DNA of 64,000 nt, from assembly GCA_963665455.1 (NCBI GenBank), contig OY762279.1, forward strand, positions 4,443,492 to 4,507,491. Direction: 5' to 3'. Positions 47,734-54,946 of this stretch are shown in pieces (position 1 is the stretch's first letter; each line of letters starts with the position of its first letter). The notes under the pieces are model-generated. The model made no database searches, was not told where the DNA came from, and saw only the letters and a program-made list of their open reading frames with translations. Made by a program: the position numbers and the translations under genes. The stretch comes from Pseudomonadales bacterium. GTDB taxonomy: Bacteria; Pseudomonadota; Gammaproteobacteria; Pseudomonadales; Azotimanducaceae.

Positions 47734-47897
47734 AGAAGTGGCAATGCATGACCTGTGGCTTCATCTACGACGAGGCCAAGGGCTACGAGGAGGACGGCAT
47801 CGCCGCCGGGACCGCCTGGGACGACGTTCCCGAGGACTGGCTATGCCCCGAGTGCGGCACGCCCAAGAGCGATTTCGAAATGGTCGAGATCGGCTAG
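47730..47897 (+). CDS. rubredoxin
   Basis: Own translation (55 aa, below the track cutoff): [55 protein letters not shown]. It has both CxxCG knuckles. ATGA overlap with the HIT gene stop. Confidence 0.85.
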   Translation: MKKWQCMTCGFIYDEAKGYEEDGIAAGTAWDDVPEDWLCPECGTPKSDFEMVEIG

Positions 47898-47910
47898 CGG
47901 AGCACCACTC

Positions 47911-48936
47911 ATGCGCGAGGAGATCGAGCGCATCCTGGAGATGCAGGAACGCGGGGAGTTGACCCGGGAGGAAGCCGCCGCCCGGATCGAGGCGCTGGCC
48001 CGGGAGGCTGGGGGTCGCCGCGAGCGGCCGCGGGGCGCGTTCGACGACCTCGAGCGCTCCCTCGGCAATCTCGGCCGCGAGTTCGGCAACGCGTTCGCGC
48101 GCGCCTCCAAGGGACTCGGGGACGCGTTGCGGCCCGAGACGTGGGTGAACGACAGCAACACCGCAACCTTCTCCCGCACCGAGCTTCCGGAGGGCGAACG
48201 CTTCGAGTGCGAGGGCAACGGCCTGAACCTCGCCCGCGTCGTGCACATGACCCTCTCCGACTCCCGCTTCGTGGACAACGAACTGCATGCCGCCGGCATC
48301 GAGGGCCTCGCCTGCACGCGCGCCGCGTTCACCGGCAACGCCCTGCGGGCCTCCCACGTCGACCGCTTCCGCGTCGAGGACGGCGAAGTCGCGGACAACC
48401 AATGCAACGCCGCGCGGCTCGCCGACTGGCACCTGTCCTGCGCCCGCTTCGAGCGCAACCGGTTGAACGCGACCCAAGCCACCGAGGTCTCCCTGACCGA
48501 CAGCGCCATCCGGGACGGGCGCTGGAACGCCGTGCAGTTGCGCACGCTGGCACTCGCCAACGGCACGGCCTGGGACGGCGTGGGGCTGAACGGGGTCGCC
48601 GGCCGGGATTGGTCCTTCGACGACACCACGCTATCTGCCGTGCGCATCAACGGGCTGCGCATCAACGGCCTCGCGTGCGTCGGCGCTCGGCTGATCCGCT
48701 GCGTCCTACGGCACGGCGACTGGATCCGGGGCATCGATCCCCGCGAACTCGCCACGCTGCGCAACCTGCGGATCGAGAACGCGACCCTCGAGGGATGCGA
48801 GTTCATCGATTGCCGTTTCGACGACACGGCGTTCCGGAACCTCGAGGGGTCGGGCCTCGTGTTCCGGGACGTTGATTTCGGCGGGATGGCGGTGGAATCT
48901 TCGGCGGAGTTGGCGGGCCTCAGCGTGGATTCGTAG
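47911..48936 (+). CDS. SHOCT-like N-terminus plus pentapeptide-repeat/beta-helix protein
   Basis: ATG 47911. EIERILEMQERGELTREEAAARIEAL is SHOCT-like. Long runs of 5-residue-periodic repeats follow (...LEGCEFIDCRFDDTAFRNLEGSGLVFRDVDFGG). Confidence 0.55.
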   Translation: MREEIERILEMQERGELTREEAAARIEALAREAGGRRERPRGAFDDLERSLGNLGREFGNAFARASKGLGDALRPETWVNDSNTATFSRTELPEGERFECEGNGLNLARVVHMTLSDSRFVDNELHAAGIEGLACTRAAFTGNALRASHVDRFRVEDGEVADNQCNAARLADWHLSCARFERNRLNATQATEVSLTDSAIRDGRWNAVQLRTLALANGTAWDGVGLNGVAGRDWSFDDTTLSAVRINGLRINGLACVGARLIRCVLRHGDWIRGIDPRELATLRNLRIENATLEGCEFIDCRFDDTAFRNLEGSGLVFRDVDFGGMAVESSAELAGLSVDS

Positions 48937-49678
48937 GCGGGGCGGGCCCTTCCTCCACAGCCCCCGCAGCAGCCACGTCCTCCCCACCCGCTCGGAGCGC
49001 GTCCGGGACCGACAACTCCTCCCAATCGTCGAACGCCGTTTCCCGCGCTCGGCCGACCAGTTCCAAGCCACGGGAAACGCCCTCGTCGACCACGATCCGA
49101 AGGGGCACCCGCCGCCCGTAGCGTTCACCGAGTTCGAGACGCCCCCGCGACCGCTCCCCGTCGTCATCGACGATGCCGTAGTCGCACCGTTCGACCCCAT
49201 CTGGCGCGACGGCGTGTTCCGTACGCGTCATGGCGTAGTGGTGGCGACCGTTGTTGAGCACCTGTTCGGCGTCGCACCGAACGGTCACCCACAGCGCGGA
49301 CATCAAGTCCACGCCAGGCGGCGCGGGCCGTTCGGGGCGGAGGTTGCCATTGCGTAGCTGCCGCAGAACCCCATCGGCGACGCGAATCGTGCGGTCCTTG
49401 CGCCGGTCCTTCTCGTGCAGCACGAGCGTCTCCGGCACGGCCCGCCCGTCCTCGATGCGGCCCGTCACGAAGAAACGCGCGTTCCACGGCGCGAGGACGT
49501 TCCACACGCCGTGGGTCCGCATCATGCCGCGAACTTCGTAGCGTTCAGCGCCGGATTCGATGCGGACGTAGGCGGAACCGGCGTCCGCCCCGGCGATCAC
49601 GCCGCGGTATTCCAAGTCCAGCGCCTGCCCAGGCAAACCCAGTGCGAGGGGCAGGACCCAGAGCGGCGGTTTGCCCAT
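48920..49678 (-). CDS. DUF3108-like secreted protein
   Basis: Signal peptide, then LDLEYRGVIAGADAGSAYVRIE... pattern. The assignment is tentative. Confidence 0.45.
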   Translation of the reverse strand: MGKPPLWVLPLALGLPGQALDLEYRGVIAGADAGSAYVRIESGAERYEVRGMMRTHGVWNVLAPWNARFFVTGRIEDGRAVPETLVLHEKDRRKDRTIRVADGVLRQLRNGNLRPERPAPPGVDLMSALWVTVRCDAEQVLNNGRHHYAMTRTEHAVAPDGVERCDYGIVDDDGERSRGRLELGERYGRRVPLRIVVDEGVSRGLELVGRARETAFDDWEELSVPDALRAGGEDVAAAGAVEEGPAPPTNPR

Positions 49679-49690
49679 GTCGCGCCCCGA

Positions 49691-50317
49691 TCAGTCCGGG
49701 ATGGGGATGTCGTTCACCTTCATCGGCACGTCGTAGCCGCGCTGCACGGCGGGCCGCCCGGCGATCTCGATGTACCAGCGCTTGAGGTTCGGGAAGTCCG
49801 CCCAGTCGATGCCCTGCCACTCGTAGCGTGAGATCCAGGGCCAGGTCGCCATGTCGGCGATGGAGTATTCGTCCGCGAGATACGGCCGACCCGCCAGGCG
49901 CCTGTCCAGCACGCCGTAGAGGCGGTTCGCCTCGGCCGCGTAGCGCTCCTCCGCGTAGGGTGCCTTGCCAACGTTGAAGCGCAGGAAGTGGTGCGCCTGG
50001 CCGAGCATCGGGCCGACGCCACCCATCTGGAGCATGAGCCATTCCAGGGTGGTCCAGCGGTCCGGTCCGCCGAAGCGTCCCGTCTTGTCGACCAAGTAGA
50101 GGAGGATGGCGCCCGACTCCATCATCGACCGTCCCGTCTCGCGATCAACGATGGCGGGAATCTTGTTGTTCGGGCTGATGGCGAGGAAGGACGGCTCGAA
50201 CTGCTCGTCCTTGCCGATGTGTACGGGATGCACCTCGTAGTCGAGCCCGAACTCCTCCAGGGCGATCGAGATCTTGCGTCCATTGGGGGTGGGGAACGTG
50301 TAGAGGTCGATGGTCAC
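49691..50317 (-). CDS. glutathione S-transferase (Nu-class, YfcG/YghU-like)
   Basis: TPNGRKISIALEE...ISPNNKIPAIVD...ESGAILLYL. Confidence 0.85.
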   Translation of the reverse strand: MTIDLYTFPTPNGRKISIALEEFGLDYEVHPVHIGKDEQFEPSFLAISPNNKIPAIVDRETGRSMMESGAILLYLVDKTGRFGGPDRWTTLEWLMLQMGGVGPMLGQAHHFLRFNVGKAPYAEERYAAEANRLYGVLDRRLAGRPYLADEYSIADMATWPWISRYEWQGIDWADFPNLKRWYIEIAGRPAVQRGYDVPMKVNDIPIPD

Positions 50318-51120
50318 TACGAGTCCTCGGCGGGAGCGTCGGCTTCGGACTCCGCGGGTGCCGGCGGGAGCTCGGGTGGCTTCGTGAGCCGGTAGAGCAC
50401 GCGGTCGGTTTGCCCGCGGATCGCCGGGTCGAACACCATCGTCGTGCGGTCGTCCAAGGGATTGCGCAGCAGGGCCGACGACTCGACGATGAAGCCCGAT
50501 GCCTCGAGGATCGGCACGGCCCGCACGACGTCGAGACGATGCAAACCGTTGTTGTCCTGGTCGGCGTCGCCGTAGTGGTCGACAACGCCGAGCACACCGC
50601 CCGGCTTGAGCAGTGCCTTGACAACCTGCAGGAAACCCGCCGCCGCGTCGTCACCCCCCGTGCCCTCTCCCAGACCGTTGTGTACGTCGTGGAAATTGAG
50701 CGCGGTGAACGCGGCGTCGAGCGACCCGGCCTCGATGCCCAAGTCGGCCAATTCGGTGTCCACGCGCTCGACGTTGCCCAGCCGCCCGTCCGCGAGCCGC
50801 GCCGTCATCGCCTTGTCGTACATGCCGTCGGCGAACTGCAGGAAGATCGGGAAGTTCTGGGCGTAGACCTTGCCTGCCGGCCCCACGGCGAGCGACAGCA
50901 CCTCGGTGTAGTAGCCACCGGACGCCATCAAGTCCATGACGGTCATGCCGGCACCGATGCCGAGGTATTCGATCACCTCCGCCGGCTTGCGGCCCGCGTC
51001 CCGCGCCCGGTCTTCCTCCGTCCGGTCCCCCGATGCCAGGGCGGCCGCGAGGTCGGCGGAAGCAGCCGAACCTGCCAACACCATGCCGAGCACCACGCTC
51101 CAGACCACGTTCCGGCTCAT
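50317..51120 (-). CDS. class I SAM-dependent methyltransferase with signal peptide
   Basis: VMDLMASGGYYTEVLS (motif I-like) and LKPGGVLGVVDH; cleavable-looking leader. Confidence 0.7.
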   Translation of the reverse strand: MSRNVVWSVVLGMVLAGSAASADLAAALASGDRTEEDRARDAGRKPAEVIEYLGIGAGMTVMDLMASGGYYTEVLSLAVGPAGKVYAQNFPIFLQFADGMYDKAMTARLADGRLGNVERVDTELADLGIEAGSLDAAFTALNFHDVHNGLGEGTGGDDAAAGFLQVVKALLKPGGVLGVVDHYGDADQDNNGLHRLDVVRAVPILEASGFIVESSALLRNPLDDRTTMVFDPAIRGQTDRVLYRLTKPPELPPAPAESEADAPAEDS

Positions 51121-51197
51121 AGGTTCCTCCGTCTTGTCCCCAAGTCGAGCCGCAACCCTTGCACAACGCGGGGCGATGTCAAGCCGCTACGCCGCTA

Positions 51198-51341
51198 GGG
51201 AAGGTCTGAACAAGACCTTTCCTAGTGCGGCACAGGGATGTGCCGCCAGATTCGATGGCGTAAGCCATTGAATCTGTGGAGCAAGCCGAAACCGCGCTTT
51301 TGGCTTGCGACCTGAACAAGTCCATGGACGGACTTGTTCAG
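51198..51341 (+). ncRNA. candidate structured RNA or tandem hairpin array (unclassified)
   Basis: Five back-to-back hairpins. H1 51198-51222 (9 bp). H2 51227-51246 (8 bp, GGGA loop). H3 51247-51276 (13 bp, GUAA loop). H4 51281-51308 (11 bp). H5 51312-51341 (12 bp perfect). All non-Watson-Crick pairs are G.T on the plus strand. Confidence 0.3.
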
Positions 51342-51355
51342 AGGTTCCCCTAGTG

Positions 51356-51460
51356 CCCGCAAACCGTCGCCTATGGGGCCGCGCCGTAGGACGGCGCGAG
51401 CGCGTAGGTCGGAGGGGCTGGGCCGCGAGCGGAGCCGTAGGCGACGGTTGCGGGGCGCTA
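51356..51460. repeat. REP-like long imperfect hairpin containing a 60-nt repeat unit
   Basis: Arms 51356-51376 and 51435-51454 pair (20 bp, one bulge, one G.T). 51401-51460 is the reverse complement of 61206-61265 with 2 mismatches. Confidence 0.5.
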
Positions 51461-52309
51461 TGGGGCGCTCGTATCGAACACGTCGTCCAGCGTGCGCGCG
51501 TCGAGCACGTTCTCGGCCCATGCCTCCAAGTCGGTTGCCGACGCCTGATGGAGCCGGTCCGCGACCGCCGCGGAAAGGCGACCGAATCGCCGCCGCAAGA
51601 GGCGCTCCAGCACGGTCCGTTCACCGTCGACGCGGCCCTCGCGGATACCCTCGTCGCGTCCCACCCGCATGCCCTCGTCGCGCCCTTGCCGAATGCCCTC
51701 GTCCCGAGCCCTCTGGATCATTCCCGCCATGGTCTTGCTCTCCTCCGGATACCGCCGCCGGTAGGTTTCCTGCTCATTCTCCGTGAGCGCGGCGTAGATG
51801 TCGGTGAACTGCACGTACTTCGCGAGCTTGGCGGCGTCCGGCTCCAGCGCCCGCAGGCCGTGCGCCGCGTGCGCGAACACGTCGACCCGGTCCATGCCGG
51901 GCGGCCGGCGCATGTTCGGCAGGTTGACCAGCGCCACCGGGTTGTCGCTGTCCCGCCATTCCCCGGCGTCCATCGCGTCGAGCCGGCAAGAGAGGTGGTG
52001 GAACGTCAGGTAGTCGCCGCGTTCGGTGCCGAGCGCGAGCGTCTCGGGGTCCGGACCGTCGCGCAGGAAGATGGACACGGGCGCCACGCGGTTCGTCTTG
52101 AACAGCTCGGCGAGGTCGAGGCAATAGTGCGCCAGCCGGTGCCGCGAGAAGCGCCCGCCGTCGGTTTCCTCCTCCAGGGCGAAGAGCCCTCAGCCGGGGA
52201 GCGCGAGGGGCCTGCCCCTCGCATGAGAGAGCACCGTTTCGCGGCGGCCGTCGGCCCAATCGACGCGCAGGGGCGTGTCGAGCTCGTGGTACGCCAGCAT
52301 TGACGGCAT
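51458..52309 (-). pseudogene. Rpn-family (YhgA-like PD-(D/E)XK) recombination-promoting nuclease/putative transposase with DUF4351-like C-terminus, interrupted by an in-frame TGA
   Basis: Track ORFs 52190..52453 and 51458..52087 are in the same frame, separated by TGA 52190-52192: ...TPLRVDWADGRRETVLSHARGRPLALPG*GLFALEEETDGGRFSRHRLAHYCLDL... The C-terminus ERLLRRRFGRLSAAVADRLHQASATDLEAWAENVL is DUF4351-like. Confidence 0.5.
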
Positions 52310-52363
52310 CCAATGGGCGCGGCAGCATGCCGGCAGGTCGGTTCGAGCGCGGGAGGAGGCTCT

Positions 52364-52906
52364 TTGGATACCCGCAAGATCCTCGCCGTGCGCGAAACCA
52401 TCCTCGCGAACGAGTTCGGTCGGGAATGCCCCGCCATCGTCCGCGTCGCGCACATCGCGGTGCTGGCGAACCCATGCGCCGGGCGGTTCGAAAGCGACCT
52501 ATCCCCGCTGTTCGACCTTGGCGGGCGCACCGGGGAGCGCCTAGCACGAGACGCCGCCGCACTGCTCGGCGGGCCGGCGGTGAGCTACGGCAAGGCCGCC
52601 ATCGTGGGCGTCGCGGGAGAACTGGAACACGGCGCCGCCGCAATCCACCCGAAGCTCGGCAAGCCCATGCGCGCGGCCGTGGACGGCGGCGAGTCCCTGA
52701 TTCCCTCGAACGTCAAGCTCGGCCCCGTTGGCACCGCCATCGACATCCCCCTCGGCCACAAGGACGAGAGTTGGTCGTTCGACCACTTCGACACGATGAC
52801 CGTGATGGTGCCCGACGCCCCGCGGCCCGACGAGATCGTGCTGGCCGTCGCGGTCGCCGACGGGGGCCGGGCCCTGCCCCGCGCCGGCCAACGGCCCTTG
52901 GTCTAA
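52364..52906 (+). CDS. amino acid synthesis family protein (DUF1185)
   Basis: TTG 52364, 5 nt after GGGAGGAGG. ...SYGKAAIVGVAGELEHGAAAIHPKLGKPMRAAV...IPSNVKLGPVGTAIDIPLGHKD...HFDTMTVMVPDAPRPDEIV matches the family pattern closely. Confidence 0.65.
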   Translation: MDTRKILAVRETILANEFGRECPAIVRVAHIAVLANPCAGRFESDLSPLFDLGGRTGERLARDAAALLGGPAVSYGKAAIVGVAGELEHGAAAIHPKLGKPMRAAVDGGESLIPSNVKLGPVGTAIDIPLGHKDESWSFDHFDTMTVMVPDAPRPDEIVLAVAVADGGRALPRAGQRPLV

Positions 52907-52940
52907 GCCTGGCGGAGGCCGTTTGTACCGACGAGAAGAA

Positions 52941-53993
52941 ATGCTCGGATTCCCTTCGCCGCTGTTCGCCGGGGAGGCGTTTCGGCTCCGGGGAGCGTGG
53001 GATCCCGAGGCCCGAGCCGCTTGGGAGGCGGCGACCGCGTTCATGTCCAGCGAGGCTTTTCCCGCGATCACCGAAGCCAACGTTCCGCAGCTCCGGGAGA
53101 TCAGCCGTCAGGATCCCGCCAACCGGAGTTCCAGCGACCTCGAGGCCCTGGCCCGATGCGAGACCGAGGTCGTGGAATGCGACGGTACCCGGTTCGGCTC
53201 CCCCGACAATCCGCGCATCGAGATTCGCGTACACGTACCCCGCGAGGGGTCGCCGGAGGCCGCCTTCAGAAAGGGATTGGTCTTCTATCACGGGGGCGCA
53301 TTCGTCCTCGGCTCGGCGACCGAGGAGGATCCGTGGGCGTGCCGCACTGCGGCCGAATGCGATCTGGTCGTCTTCAACGTCGACTATCGCAACGCACCCG
53401 AGACCCGGGCACCGGGCGGCATCCTCGACTGTTTCGCCGCCCTCCGCCACGTCGCCGCCGACCTTTGCCACCGCTACGGCGTGGACCCCGCACGCTTGGG
53501 GGTCTACGGCATCAGCAGCGGTGGATACCTCGCCGCCGGTGTCGCGATGGAACTTGCGAAGCGCCGCGCCGCAGACCTCGTTGGGCTGGTCATCGCGGAC
53601 GTGCCCGCCGTCAGCGACCACTGGGTGCGCCCGCCGCCCGCGTCACCGGATGCCGCGACGTGGCACTGGTCGCAGTCCGAGGTTGAGCGCTGGCACGGGA
53701 CGCACGGACACATTGAAACGCTCGCCATGCTGGCGGAGGACTGGGAGCGCCAGGTGCGGGACCGGGATCCCTACCTATTCCCCGCGACCATGGGCGACGA
53801 CCTGCTCCGGCACGTGCCGGACCATGTGATCATGACCCGGGAGTTCGATTTCCTGCGCACCGACGCCGAGCTGTTCGCGAGCGCGCTGGCACGGCACGGG
53901 AAACTGCTGGACTTCTACGTCCGCCCAGGCGTGAGCCACTACACGGGACCGCAGGAGGGGGTTCTGAAGCGGATCGTGGACGCCTACCTCTGA
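52941..53993 (+). CDS. alpha/beta hydrolase, HSL-type esterase
   Basis: FYHGGAFVLGS and GISSGGYLAAG motifs. ATG 52941; the track start is TTG 52923. Confidence 0.75.
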   Translation: MLGFPSPLFAGEAFRLRGAWDPEARAAWEAATAFMSSEAFPAITEANVPQLREISRQDPANRSSSDLEALARCETEVVECDGTRFGSPDNPRIEIRVHVPREGSPEAAFRKGLVFYHGGAFVLGSATEEDPWACRTAAECDLVVFNVDYRNAPETRAPGGILDCFAALRHVAADLCHRYGVDPARLGVYGISSGGYLAAGVAMELAKRRAADLVGLVIADVPAVSDHWVRPPPASPDAATWHWSQSEVERWHGTHGHIETLAMLAEDWERQVRDRDPYLFPATMGDDLLRHVPDHVIMTREFDFLRTDAELFASALARHGKLLDFYVRPGVSHYTGPQEGVLKRIVDAYL

Positions 53994-54010
53994 CCGCACG
54001 CAGCAGCCGT

Positions 54011-54946
54011 TCAGGCGCTCTCGCCGTCCTCGCTTCCGTCCGACGTTCCGGTGTCGTCCGCGTCCTCATCCACCTCGTCGGCCTCCGCGACGAAGTCATC
54101 GAGAGACGCGTCGAGGCGCTCCGCCACGTACTTGGCGATCTCGAACTGGCCCGCGTACCGGTTCGAGGTGGCCACGAAATCGTCCTCTTCTTCTAGATGG
54201 AAGAGGTCCAGTTCGTGCGCCCCGGCGTCGTCCGTAAGCACGAATCGCGCGGCCGGTTCCGCCGGCAGTTCGACATCGACGAGGTTGAGTACGTTCAGGC
54301 CGGTGAAGCGGGCCGTGTACTCTGCCGCTTCCTCCTGATCGACGGTGACCCCCTCCGCGTTCCAGCCGTCGTCGCCGGATTCCAGCGTCCATCTCGATTC
54401 GCCCACGCGCGCAACGGATTGCAGCGTGCCGTCGGGCTGCAGCAGGGACTTCTTCAACCAGTCGGACACCTTGGCGCCGGCCTCGTAGTTCGAGAAGTCG
54501 ATTGCGTAGACCGGCCCGCCCGAGGCATGGCGCGCATGCACCCGCTGGTAGCTGGGCGAGGTGCCGAGATAAACATCCGCCAGCGTTTCCTCCCCAGCAG
54601 CGACCACGACATGGCGTTGGTGCGCGTCCTCGGTGACCTCGAAGCGCGACATGGCCGAGTCGCTCGTCGCGACGGGCCAGCCCCCCGCAGCGTCCGCGAG
54701 CTTGCCGAGCACCCGGTCGATCTTGCCCGCGTCCGCCGGAAGGCCGTCGGCGATGGTCCATGCGTCGTCCGCCTTGGTGACGGTCACCGACTGTTCCTCG
54801 TCCGCCACGGAGAGCGTGTCCACGGTCTCGGCGTCAAACTCAAGGAAGGGTTCCGGCTCCTCGCCCTCCCCGGTCTGCAAACCCCACACGAGGGCGACCA
54901 GCAGCAGTTGCACTCCGAGCGCGATCACGAGCGTCGACTGTTTCAT
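54011..54946 (-). CDS. DUF4340 domain protein (GldG-operon accessory)
   Basis: ATG 54946 (MKQSTLVIALGVQLLLVALVW, single TM). ATGA overlap with the upstream permease gene. Acidic C-terminal tail. Confidence 0.6.
   Translation of the reverse strand: MKQSTLVIALGVQLLLVALVWGLQTGEGEEPEPFLEFDAETVDTLSVADEEQSVTVTKADDAWTIADGLPADAGKIDRVLGKLADAAGGWPVATSDSAMSRFEVTEDAHQRHVVVAAGEETLADVYLGTSPSYQRVHARHASGGPVYAIDFSNYEAGAKVSDWLKKSLLQPDGTLQSVARVGESRWTLESGDDGWNAEGVTVDQEEAAEYTARFTGLNVLNLVDVELPAEPAARFVLTDDAGAHELDLFHLEEEDDFVATSNRYAGQFEIAKYVAERLDASLDDFVAEADEVDEDADDTGTSDGSEDGESA

Noticed and set aside
27149-51356. Recurrent CTAGTGC heptamer at 27149, 42927, 51222 and 51350, all intergenic and next to accessory islets.
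   Set aside because: I cannot establish enrichment by eye over 64 kb. A 7-mer occurring four times may be chance. It would need a k-mer count against the whole genome.
52190-52192. The in-frame TGA in the Rpn-family gene read as selenocysteine or programmed readthrough.
   Set aside because: No SECIS-like hairpin lies immediately downstream, and the family is not known to contain selenoproteins. A nonsense mutation or sequencing error is simpler.
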